DNA of 55,799 nucleotides from an uncultured Butyrivibrio sp. (GTDB lineage Bacteria; Bacillota; Clostridia; Lachnospirales; Lachnospiraceae). The notes under the pieces were generated by a model that had not been told where the DNA came from, did no database searches, and saw only the letters and a program-made list of their open reading frames with translations. The stretch is taken from the NCBI GenBank assembly GCA_944382105.1, contig CALWMX010000054.1, forward strand, positions 1 to 55,799. Direction: 5' to 3'. The stretch's first letter is position 1. The number at the start of each line of letters is the position of its first letter. The translations under genes and the position numbers were made by a program. Shown here piece by piece: positions 9,655-18,563 of the stretch.

Positions 9655-11061
9655 TCAGTCAGAATTCATCTTGCTTAATCTTGCGCCAGCAGTGGTATAA
9701 AATATATTGCTTTCACAAAACTCCCGTGCCGGTCTGTCGCAGACTATTTTACCTCCGAACATAAGCAGCATCCTGTCCGAAAACATTGCCGCAAATTCCA
9801 CATCATGCGTAATCAGAAGAATTGCTTTTCCTTCATCCCGTAGCTTTTCAAGCCGTTTTCCCAGCTTCTCTTTTTCATTATAATCAAGGCCCTTGGTTGG
9901 TTCGTCAAGAATAAGCAGCGAAGGATTTTTTGAAAGAATTATATCAAGGGCCGCAAGCTGCCTTTCGCCGCCGCTTAAGTCATACGGATGCATTCCGTTG
10001 TATTTTCCGTCCACAGTGTCCCCGGTAAAATGAAGCGTCACATCCTGAAAAAGCATTGCCGAATTTTCGCCTGCTTTTTTTATTTTTCTGCCGTTAATCT
10101 TTACGCTTCCGGAATAAGGCTTAAGCGCTCCGGCCGACAGCAAAGCAAGGGTGGATTTACCGCAGCCGTTTTCTCCCAGAAGCGCGGTTATGCTGCCGCC
10201 GTCCACCGAAAGATTCAGATTGTCAATTAATGCCCCTTTACTCCTGTCATAAGCAAACGAAACGTTCTTAAGCCTCAGAACCGGATGAGATGACAACGGC
10301 GCCTCTTTACCGACGTAAACAGCATGCGCTTTCCCGAAAACGGCCTCCGCCAGCGAAAGCGGCGGAGGAGACATTTCCACGGATCTGGCTATTTCCGGCA
10401 GAAATCCGCGAAGCTCCTGACTGCGGCTCATATATTCCGCCATACTCCTTTTGTCCTTGCACACGACGGTTTCATCCTCAATAAGAAGAATTTTATCCGC
10501 ATATGCAAAAATTCTGTCAGAGCGGTGTTCTGCAATGATTACCGTGATTCCCAGCTCTCTGTTTATATTTTTTACAAGGTCGATAACCCTGTCCGCCATT
10601 ATGGGATCCAGCATGGAAGTGGGTTCGTCCATCAAAAGAACCTTGGGGTTAGCGGCCATTGCTGAAGCAATGTTGAGTATCTGTTTTTCACCTCCTGAAA
10701 GCGTGTGAGTATCACGGTTAATCTGACGGCTTATGCCAAAATATCCTGCCGTTTCCGCAACCCGCTGCCTTATGAGCTCAAGCCTGTGCCGCTCATTACC
10801 CTGTGTAGCGTTTGTCGCCCCGAATTCCAGCTCCGAATACACCCTATCGCACACAATCTGGTTATCGGGATTCTGCATTACAAAACCGGCTTTCGTGTCC
10901 AGTTCCTTTTGAATCAGCCTCAGAAGCGTTGATTTCCCGGAGCCGGTTTTTCCGCAGAGCAGTACAAGCTCTCCCTGATTAATGTCAACGGCTGCGCCGG
11001 AAAAAATCCTGCGTCCCGGAGCATACTCAAAATCTATATTTTCAAGGTGTATATTTTCCAT
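9655..11061 (-). CDS. ECF transporter fused double ATPase
   Basis: Two Walker A (GKTGSGKST, GENGCGKST), LSGGE signatures, DEPT Walker B. Confidence 0.92.
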   Translation of the reverse strand: MENIHLENIDFEYAPGRRIFSGAAVDINQGELVLLCGKTGSGKSTLLRLIQKELDTKAGFVMQNPDNQIVCDRVYSELEFGATNATQGNERHRLELIRQRVAETAGYFGISRQINRDTHTLSGGEKQILNIASAMAANPKVLLMDEPTSMLDPIMADRVIDLVKNINRELGITVIIAEHRSDRIFAYADKILLIEDETVVCKDKRSMAEYMSRSQELRGFLPEIARSVEMSPPPLSLAEAVFGKAHAVYVGKEAPLSSHPVLRLKNVSFAYDRSKGALIDNLNLSVDGGSITALLGENGCGKSTLALLSAGALKPYSGSVKINGRKIKKAGENSAMLFQDVTLHFTGDTVDGKYNGMHPYDLSGGERQLAALDIILSKNPSLLILDEPTKGLDYNEKEKLGKRLEKLRDEGKAILLITHDVEFAAMFSDRMLLMFGGKIVCDRPAREFCESNIFYTTAGARLSKMNSD

Positions 11062-11831
11062 TTCACGTTCTCCTTAATCCTGTATATTTCAGGCAGAAAA
11101 CATAATACCGCCATCAATATTCCATGCCACGTCTCCGGCAGAAAATACATTGTCTGAAGCGCCGCCGTCAAGGCAAGCACCGCTGCATCACCCGGCCTGA
11201 ATTGAATTCCTGAAATTCTTTTGCCTCCTGAGGTATAGCCGCGCATAATCATTGAATCCGCCGTGTCCATGGAATTTTCAAGAGCCCATGTGAATACTGC
11301 CGAGGTAATCTGCATTATGTGCTTTTTTTCCGGGACCTGCCCCCGCTCCTCATTTATGCGCGCTGCAAGCCCGGTTTTGTTGTATCTTTCCAGGTATCTG
11401 GGTATGAGCCTCATAATCATCGAAATCAAAAGCGCCAGCTTTGGAAGGTGCCAAAGCAGCGCCATTATTTTTTCACCGGTAAGCGTTCTTGAAAATGCCG
11501 AAAACCACACAATCGCCGCTGCAAGCATAAGTCCGTTTACGGCGCCGTACCTGATTGCTTCAAGCGTTACCGCCCTGTCGTTTATAAAAAAAAGCTCCGT
11601 ATCTCCCTGATGTGACAAAAGGCCGTTGACCAATGCCATTACCGCCGTCAGGACCGCCGAAAAAAGAATCCTTTTTACCGGTATTTTCCTTTCGTATATT
11701 CCGGCACGTACAAGTCCGGCAGCAAGAGCCGTCAGTATAATAAAAGGGTTCATAAATACCATTATGGGAATAATGACTGTCATGTAATATATCAGCAATG
11801 TTGCAGGATTAAAATTTTCAAAACGTCTCAT
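11034..11831 (-). CDS. ecfT: ECF transporter transmembrane T component
   Basis: TM helices, MRLIPRY, ALENSMDTADSMIMRGY motif. Confidence 0.9.
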   Translation of the reverse strand: MRRFENFNPATLLIYYMTVIIPIMVFMNPFIILTALAAGLVRAGIYERKIPVKRILFSAVLTAVMALVNGLLSHQGDTELFFINDRAVTLEAIRYGAVNGLMLAAAIVWFSAFSRTLTGEKIMALLWHLPKLALLISMIMRLIPRYLERYNKTGLAARINEERGQVPEKKHIMQITSAVFTWALENSMDTADSMIMRGYTSGGKRISGIQFRPGDAAVLALTAALQTMYFLPETWHGILMAVLCFLPEIYRIKENVKWKIYTLKI

Positions 11832-13423
11832 GGCTTTTCCTCCGTCAGGTCCGTACCGTCAGAGTATATCCACCTCACTTCATCATCAGGTTCCAATTCA
11901 TACTGTGAGCAGGATACCTCCGGCATTTTACCGTTGACATAATATGTCCATCCCGACAGGCTTCCGTAATCAAACTCAGCAAGACCGTCAATGCTTCTTA
12001 CGTATATGGTACCGAGAGCCGCGCTTCCGCTGTAATCAATGTTTATCCGTCTGTCTCCTGCCAGCCTGAGAAGCTGGTCAAAGGCCGTATCGCCGGTTTC
12101 AATGTACACCTGTGTCCGCGGCGCTATTATACCGTTTATACCCGTAACCGTTATATATGTCTCAGTGCTTCCCTGTTCATTACGGACATTGTAATGCTCG
12201 CTGACTGTCTCAAAGCTGGAAAATCCGACTATGGTCATAAGCGCCGCGCACACCGCCCCCGTAACGATTGCCTTTATAAGAGTCAGCCGTTTTCTGAACG
12301 CCATGACAAGTATTATGACTGCGGCGGCAGACAAAATAATACCCATAAAAATATGCTTTATATGCCTGCCGCTTATACCGTTTCCCGTATGCGGCAAGGT
12401 TTCCTCATCAGGTATTTCCGTGCCTGTTTCATTTTCTTCTGCCTGTCCGTTTGGGGCAGAGTCACCGTCATCAATATCTTCCAACGTATCTCCGGACGTA
12501 AAATCATACAGAAATCTGCCGGTATTTTCATATTTTTCCGCACACACAAGCGCTCCCAGCGCCTGCACCGTAGCCATGGAATCTGCCGGGCCTCCCTGCG
12601 TGTGTGAAAAGCCGCCTTCCTCCGTAATATATGTAATCAACGCATCGTAGACGCTTTCACCGTTTTTTATAAATCTTGTATCGTTTCTGAAATCTATATC
12701 CAGAGCGCAAAGCGCCATCAGAACCTGCGCCGTGCTTTCACTGTTATCCACCCCATAGCTGGCGTAACCGCCGTTATTCTCTTGCAGCTCCGACAGCCTT
12801 GCCACTGCTTTTTCTATATTTTCACCGTATCCTTTATCATAAAGCGGTGCAAGGGCCTGAAGCGCCATTGCCGTCACATCGGCATCCGAATACTGCCCTG
12901 TCAGATTCCAGCCTCCGTCCTCAAGCTGCAGCGACGTGAGGCTGTCGGCAATTTCCGTCAAAACGGCATCATCAACATAATTATTGCTGCACGCAAGCAT
13001 CAGTCCGTATATTATGCTCATAATACCGCTTTGACCGGTATGATTTCTGACAGTATCAACTATATATTCTTTATCCTGCCCTAGACATGCTTTCACAAGC
13101 CCAATACGCTCATAATCGGTTGCACTAAGCTCTTTCGCCGAAATAAGATATTCATCCAGCGCATCATTGTATTGTCCGTAATCCGCTTCAATCCCTGACT
13201 CCTTCATATATATCACAAGCCAGTCTCCGCCGCGTCCGGCAGACGGCACAAGGCCGGTACTCAGATACTCTTCGTAATCCGAGACGCCAGCCTGTGTCAT
13301 TTGATATTTCCAGATTCTCTCCTGTATGTTTTTATTCTCATCCCCGGCAGAGACTTGCAGCGCTGCCGTAACCGCAAAGATTACGGCAAACGCCAATGCT
13401 TTAATCTTGTTTTTACCTCTCAT
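11828..13423 (-). CDS. Secreted alpha/alpha-barrel (prenyltransferase-like repeats) + 2 TM + DUF4430 (transcobalamin C-terminal-like) protein
   Basis: QLEDGGW, DVTAMALQAL, NSESTAQVLMAL repeats; YVRSIDGL..SGWTYYVNG..DEVRWIY. Confidence 0.8.
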   Translation of the reverse strand: MRGKNKIKALAFAVIFAVTAALQVSAGDENKNIQERIWKYQMTQAGVSDYEEYLSTGLVPSAGRGGDWLVIYMKESGIEADYGQYNDALDEYLISAKELSATDYERIGLVKACLGQDKEYIVDTVRNHTGQSGIMSIIYGLMLACSNNYVDDAVLTEIADSLTSLQLEDGGWNLTGQYSDADVTAMALQALAPLYDKGYGENIEKAVARLSELQENNGGYASYGVDNSESTAQVLMALCALDIDFRNDTRFIKNGESVYDALITYITEEGGFSHTQGGPADSMATVQALGALVCAEKYENTGRFLYDFTSGDTLEDIDDGDSAPNGQAEENETGTEIPDEETLPHTGNGISGRHIKHIFMGIILSAAAVIILVMAFRKRLTLIKAIVTGAVCAALMTIVGFSSFETVSEHYNVRNEQGSTETYITVTGINGIIAPRTQVYIETGDTAFDQLLRLAGDRRINIDYSGSAALGTIYVRSIDGLAEFDYGSLSGWTYYVNGKMPEVSCSQYELEPDDEVRWIYSDGTDLTEEKP

Positions 13424-14231
13424 ACGCTTCCTTTTTGGATATTATTGCGCCTGCAAAAATAACCGCCATTGCAGCCATAACCCCGGCATAAACCGCCGGG
13501 TCTGCAAAATCCGCCGTTTCTATATCCGTGTCAACGGCAACGGTATAATCAGGTGCGAATCTTAATACCGTGGGAACACCTGTATCGTCGTATCTCTCGA
13601 TAGTCACCTTATGCTCACCGTTTGTGAGCAATTCTTTGTCAATTGTGATTCTGCCCTCGGCATCTGTGGTGTATTCCGTAAAGCCGGCATCATCCGAATA
13701 CCATTTTACAACAGCATTTTCAACCGGGTTTACCACAACCGACGGGTTATAATTCTCATCATATACGGTGTCTTTGCTGGTAAAAGTAATCACTCCGTTT
13801 TCGATATCTGATAAGTCAGCCTCCGGAAACTGAAAGCCTGCGCCGTACGGGTCGCCATAATAAAGAACAACCTCGTCACCGTCTTTAAGCATGACGTTGT
13901 CCATCCCTGTTCCCGGATCTGCCCCGTTGACAATAAAAAGCCATCCCGAATACGCGCCGTAGGATGCCGCCTTGTCGCCGTTTACTTCAGTGAGGTATCT
14001 GCCGTATCCGCCATCCTCCATGACAATATTTATATTGTCATTGTCCGAACCTAACTGCTCCAGGAAATCTCCAAGATTTGTGTCCGTCGTAGTTACGGTG
14101 TCATAATAAAAGTTCTCGTCAACACCCTCAATCCTGAGCGTTACGTTGATTTCGTCCTCCGCCGCGGCAAATACGGACAGGCTTCCTATTGAAAGCAGTA
14201 CCGCCATGACAAACGTTGCAAATTTTTTCAT
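13413..14231 (-). CDS. DUF4430 (transcobalamin C-terminal-like) surface protein with C-terminal anchor
   Basis: Signal peptide; YLTEVNG..SGWLFIVNG..LKDGDEVVLYY; Ig-like segment; ETAD + TM + KK tail. Confidence 0.8.
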   Translation of the reverse strand: MKKFATFVMAVLLSIGSLSVFAAAEDEINVTLRIEGVDENFYYDTVTTTDTNLGDFLEQLGSDNDNINIVMEDGGYGRYLTEVNGDKAASYGAYSGWLFIVNGADPGTGMDNVMLKDGDEVVLYYGDPYGAGFQFPEADLSDIENGVITFTSKDTVYDENYNPSVVVNPVENAVVKWYSDDAGFTEYTTDAEGRITIDKELLTNGEHKVTIERYDDTGVPTVLRFAPDYTVAVDTDIETADFADPAVYAGVMAAMAVIFAGAIISKKEAYER

Positions 14232-14257
14232 AAACTGTTCCTCCGATTATAATAATA

Positions 14258-14282
14258 TAAAAAGGCGCCTTAAAGGGCGCCT
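14258..14282 (-). terminator. Intrinsic terminator in riboswitch expression platform
   Basis: AGGCGCC-CTTTAA-GGCGCCT-TTTT just upstream of the RBS. Confidence 0.8.
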
Positions 14283-14388
14283 CACTAAACGGACCTCCGA
14301 TATAACGGCTGTCCGGTTTAATGCGGTGTACTTTTCCCTGCCCAAAAGTCATTCCACTTAACATTCACGGTCCTGTAAATGTCCTTCA

Positions 14389-14517
14389 CACGCGACGAGC
14401 GATCTGACTTACGGCACGTTAAAATACCGTTCACAGTTATGGCTGTAGCTCCGGATTCACACCGGCTTCTCTCCTGAATCCCCCGCTTACCGATATCTGG
14501 GGAGATTTTCTTCGCGC
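14389..14517 (-). ncRNA. Cobalamin riboswitch
   Basis: Minus strand AGAGAAGCCGGTGTGAATCCGG...AACTGTGA...AAGTCAGATC B12-box pattern; P1 GCGCGA/TCGCGT; TATAAT at 14521-14526; upstream of ECF genes. Confidence 0.85.
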
Positions 14518-14540
14518 ATGATTATATTGTATATGTATAT

Positions 14541-15704
14541 TCAAAACAAGCCCGCAGCTCCTATAATCTCGGCAATGTGTGCAAGCTCATCACACGGCTT
14601 TACAAGTGCAAATCTTATATATCCCTCGCCCATTGGTCCGAAGGCCGTCCCCGGAGTACCGATAACTCCCGCCTTGTCCATCAGCGCCTCGCAAAAGCTC
14701 TGTGAGGTGTAGCCCTTTGGCACGGGAAGCCAGACAAACATCGTTCCCTGTGAATCTGGTACATCCCAGCCAATCTTCCTCAGCGCACCGAGAAATGTAT
14801 CCCTGCGTTTCTGATATTCCATGCACTGTCTGCCGACGCACTCTCTTGGTCCCGTAAGCGCAGCAATCGCCGCTTTCTGTACCGGATACGACATTCCGAA
14901 ATCATACTGGCTTCTCAGAAGCTTAAGGCTGTCGATAATCGACTTGTTGCCTGCGCAGAACGAAATCCTCAGGCCGGTAACATTAAATGATTTTGACAAT
15001 GAAAAAAATTCGACTCCAACGTCTTTGGCTCCGTCAAGCGCCAGAAATGAAAACCCTTCTCTTCCGTCAAAAATTATATCCGAGTAAGCATTGTCATTTA
15101 TAATGAAAAAGCCGTATTTCCGCGCAAGACGGATTAAGTTCTCATACATCGACTTGGGAGCCGCCGCCCCAACGGGATTGGACGGATATGATAAAACAAT
15201 ATACCTGGTCTTATACAGGATGTCTTCCGGAATGTCCTCTATAACCGGAAGAAAGTCATTTTGTCTGAGAAGCGGATAATATCTTATATCAGCTTCCCCA
15301 AAATAGGAGCCTGCCTCAAAAACAGGATAGCCCGGGTCCGGAAGCAGAACAATATCGCCGGGATTGCACATGGCCATTCCAAGGTGTCCCATTCCTTCCT
15401 GAGTTCCGTGTACGCCCGTTATTTCGTCCGTACTGACATCCGCATTATACCTGTCTTTGTAATAATGCGAAACGGCCTGAAGCAGCTCCGGCATATCGGC
15501 AAGAGAATATTTATAATTCTCCGCATCCGAAACAGCCTTGCCCAAGGCTTCCATTATGTGCTCCGGAGGTTTGAAATCCGGCGTACCCACCGAAAGATTA
15601 TAGATGGTCCTTCCCTCTTTAATCAGTTTGTTTTTCTTTTCATCAAGAGCGGCAAATATTCCTGTTGTAAAATGTTCAAGCCTTTTGGCACATTTATATT
15701 CCAT
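14541..15704 (-). CDS. PLP-dependent class I/II aminotransferase (LL-DAP aminotransferase/MtnE-like)
   Basis: YPSNPVG, NDNAYSD, SLSKSFNVTGLRI, GEGYIRFAL. Confidence 0.88.
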   Translation of the reverse strand: MEYKCAKRLEHFTTGIFAALDEKKNKLIKEGRTIYNLSVGTPDFKPPEHIMEALGKAVSDAENYKYSLADMPELLQAVSHYYKDRYNADVSTDEITGVHGTQEGMGHLGMAMCNPGDIVLLPDPGYPVFEAGSYFGEADIRYYPLLRQNDFLPVIEDIPEDILYKTRYIVLSYPSNPVGAAAPKSMYENLIRLARKYGFFIINDNAYSDIIFDGREGFSFLALDGAKDVGVEFFSLSKSFNVTGLRISFCAGNKSIIDSLKLLRSQYDFGMSYPVQKAAIAALTGPRECVGRQCMEYQKRRDTFLGALRKIGWDVPDSQGTMFVWLPVPKGYTSQSFCEALMDKAGVIGTPGTAFGPMGEGYIRFALVKPCDELAHIAEIIGAAGLF

Positions 15705-15732
15705 AACCTGCTTCCTCCGTTGTTCTTTTGTG

Positions 15733-15761
15733 ATTGTACACTAAGAGCGCCCGATTTGCAA
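15733..15761 (-). promoter_or_regulatory. Sigma-A promoter of aminotransferase
   Basis: TTGCAA-N17-TACAAT. Confidence 0.6.
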
Positions 15762-15811
15762 TCATAAGACCATACAAATTAACAGGCGCTCGTTATAGTT
15801 TCAGACTATAT

Positions 15812-16765
15812 CTAAATATCCATCCCCGAATTTTCCACATCTTTCTTCCAATTATCATAAGCCGGCTCTTCCCTGTGGTCAGGAAGACTGAATTTTTCCG
15901 ACAAATATTCCCCAAGATACGATGACACTTTCTTGGCGCCGGCAAAATTCAGATGATTTCCGCCGTCCTTTGTTTCCTTTGTCCAGTCAATATCAATCTC
16001 ATCCTGCATGAGATTCATATCAAGAAATTCAAGACCGTATTCCTCTGCAATTTTCTCAACGGCATTATGCTTGGCATACGACCAGTTATCCGGTGAGGGC
16101 ACGCTTACAAGTATAAGCGCAGCTCCTTTTTCCTCAGTGTACTTCTTTATTTTCTTAAGATACTCCTCCGTATTTTCTCCCATACGGGCCACTTTTTCGG
16201 TCTCATGCATCCATTGGCCGCCGGTATACGGTTCGCATGCGGTCCTGTATCTGAAACCTTTGAAGCGGCTGTCGTTTTCATCTTTATTGGTATAGACCTT
16301 AAGCGGTATGTATGTTTTCCACCTGTCATGATATTTCAGTACCGGAATCACTTTTGAAAATGCATTCATAACAGCGTCCGAATCATCCTCATGCGTACCT
16401 GAAAAACGAAACAGACAGTTTGTTTCCAGAACCACAACCTTAGGCGACTGCTTGGAAAAAAATTCTTCCATCAGCGCATATGTATCGCAAAGCCTCTGGA
16501 GCGAGGTTCCGCACACATATGACGTGTATCCCTGCTCTTTAAACATCTGAAGAGGATTGAAGGCGGAATAGCTTTCGCTGTCACCGAAAAAAACCAAATC
16601 AATGGACTGTTCGGCTTCCTTTTTCAAATCCTTTGTTTTGTTGTCAACGCCAACCGCATTATAAACGGCGTTTCGCGGCTTCATAATAACCGAGGTTACG
16701 GCAAGTATTACAGCCAGCCCTGCAAGAAAAGCCGCAGAGCGGATAATTTTTTTTATTATATCCAT
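15812..16765 (-). CDS. SGNH-fold membrane-anchored acyltransferase (DltD/AlgJ-like)
   Basis: N-terminal TM; FFGDSE nucleophile motif; KDGGNHLN catalytic Asp/His; GGAGG RBS before MDIIKK. Confidence 0.8.
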   Translation of the reverse strand: MDIIKKIIRSAAFLAGLAVILAVTSVIMKPRNAVYNAVGVDNKTKDLKKEAEQSIDLVFFGDSESYSAFNPLQMFKEQGYTSYVCGTSLQRLCDTYALMEEFFSKQSPKVVVLETNCLFRFSGTHEDDSDAVMNAFSKVIPVLKYHDRWKTYIPLKVYTNKDENDSRFKGFRYRTACEPYTGGQWMHETEKVARMGENTEEYLKKIKKYTEEKGAALILVSVPSPDNWSYAKHNAVEKIAEEYGLEFLDMNLMQDEIDIDWTKETKDGGNHLNFAGAKKVSSYLGEYLSEKFSLPDHREEPAYDNWKKDVENSGMDI

Positions 16766-16776
16766 GTTTACCCTCC

Positions 16777-18327
16777 CTAATATCCTGCATAAATCAAATC
16801 CACTGCCGTGTAGCCGCTTCCGTATGCCCCGAAAATAACCACAAGCATAATGGCGGCATACCAGAATATCCATCTGGCCGGGACAACCCAGCCTGATACC
16901 TTCTGCCGGATATCGATATTTTTCTCTTTAAGCGCCCCGACAACGGTAACGATAATTATCCCTGCTCCGGCAACAATAAGGTCCAGTCTGTCCATTTTCA
17001 GCCGGTGTATATTTGAAAAAAGCGCGCTGATATGGAAATTGCCGAATATTCCTGCCAGCATTGCAAATCCGTCTTTAAGGGAATTTGCCCTGAAAAACAG
17101 TTCTCCGACCAGCACTATTATAAAAAGCTTGGCCGTCCTGAATATTTTATATCCGATGCTTTCCCTGTTGATATGCAGTTTCTCGGCAAGCTTTTTAACA
17201 GGCTCTTCGGTAATATTCTCTATAAAAATCAACACGAAATAATACATTCCGTAGAAAATAAAGGTCCAGTTAGCGCCGTGCCACAGGCCGTTGCACGCCC
17301 ATACGCAGAACAGTGCCGCCGTTGGCGCAACAAATTTGCTGACATTCCTGCCGAATCTTTTTTTAACTTTCTTGGCGGCATTCTTGACAGGCCCTGCAAG
17401 CGATACGGGGTAGAATATGTAATCCTTAAAAAATGTACCCAGCGTTATATGCCATCTTCGCCAGAACTCGCCTGCGGATTTTGCGAGAAACGGCTGCCTG
17501 AAATTCTCCGGAAGCTTTACGCCGAATATCTGGCCACTGCCTATTACAATATCCATACAGCCGGAAAATTCAAGATACAGCTGGGCCACGTAGCAGACCA
17601 CTCCGAAAAGGATTATCGAGCCGTCCTTATCCGCATAATCGTTGAAAATATAATTTACGGTAGGATATATCCTGTCGGCAATGACAATTTTCTTAAAAAG
17701 CCCCCACAATATTCTCTGGTATCCGAACTTAAGGTTGTCGAATTTGACGGATTCGCCCGCATACAGCGTGTCTGCCGTCTCATGAAACCTTGCAATCGGC
17801 CCCTCCATTATCTGAGGGAAGAAGCTTAAATAAAGCGCTACTTTTGCAATATTATGCTCTGCCTTCAGGGTTCCCCTGTATACATCGGTAATATACGATA
17901 TAATCTCCAGCGTGTAGAAGGACAATCCTATGGGCACCATAAATTTTACGCCGCCAAATGTCCAGTCCACGTTAAACAAATGAAGCAAATCCGACAAAGA
18001 CTGTCCGAAGAAATTCGTATACTTGAGCACCACAAGCACAAGAAGGTTAGCCGCTATTCCAAACGCAAGAATGCGCCTTTTCTTTTTGGTGACGTTTTTT
18101 TTGTCCCCATCGTTTTTCAGTGCGGTTCTCTCAATCCATATTCCTATAAAATAAGTGAGAAGCGTGGCGCATATCAAGTATACAATCAGCTTGCCGGAAA
18201 ACAGCCAGAAAAAAACATAATCCGCTGCAATTATAACGGCAAACCTGAATTTCTTAGGTACAATCTGATACAGAAGAATAACAACCGGCAGAAAGACAGC
18301 AAAATACGCTATCGTATGATATGCCAT
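16777..18327 (-). CDS. MBOAT family O-acyltransferase (DltB/AlgI-like)
   Basis: PIGLSFYT, FFPQIMEGPI, ENFRQPF..EFWRRWHITL, NGLWHGA; C-terminal LIYAGY. Confidence 0.95.
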   Translation of the reverse strand: MAYHTIAYFAVFLPVVILLYQIVPKKFRFAVIIAADYVFFWLFSGKLIVYLICATLLTYFIGIWIERTALKNDGDKKNVTKKKRRILAFGIAANLLVLVVLKYTNFFGQSLSDLLHLFNVDWTFGGVKFMVPIGLSFYTLEIISYITDVYRGTLKAEHNIAKVALYLSFFPQIMEGPIARFHETADTLYAGESVKFDNLKFGYQRILWGLFKKIVIADRIYPTVNYIFNDYADKDGSIILFGVVCYVAQLYLEFSGCMDIVIGSGQIFGVKLPENFRQPFLAKSAGEFWRRWHITLGTFFKDYIFYPVSLAGPVKNAAKKVKKRFGRNVSKFVAPTAALFCVWACNGLWHGANWTFIFYGMYYFVLIFIENITEEPVKKLAEKLHINRESIGYKIFRTAKLFIIVLVGELFFRANSLKDGFAMLAGIFGNFHISALFSNIHRLKMDRLDLIVAGAGIIIVTVVGALKEKNIDIRQKVSGWVVPARWIFWYAAIMLVVIFGAYGSGYTAVDLIYAGY

Positions 18328-18330
18328 ATT

Positions 18331-18561
18331 CTATTCTTCTCCTTTTAGTCTGCAAATCATCTTCCAAAGACTGTCTGCCGAATTGAAATTTTCCGCAACA
18401 AGCTCTGCCGGTGAAATTTCAACATCAAACGCATCCTCAATCTCGGATACAAGCGACAGTATTCCGAAGGAATCCAGAATATGGTCGTCAATCAGGGTCT
18501 TGCATGACGCATAATCTACTCCCGGCTGAATATCCTCCAAAATTTCCAATAACTCTTCCAT
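18331..18561 (-). CDS. Acyl/aminoacyl carrier protein (DltC-like)
   Basis: 76 aa, acidic; ILDSFGILSLV phosphopantetheine Ser motif. Confidence 0.92.
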   Translation of the reverse strand: MEELLEILEDIQPGVDYASCKTLIDDHILDSFGILSLVSEIEDAFDVEISPAELVAENFNSADSLWKMICRLKGEE

Positions 18562-18563
18562 CT

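Noticed and set aside
14541-15704. Aminotransferase as a member of the dlt-like cluster
   Set aside because: Separated by 107 nt containing its own TTGCAA-N17-TACAAT promoter; looks like a housekeeping class I enzyme, so linkage is unsupported
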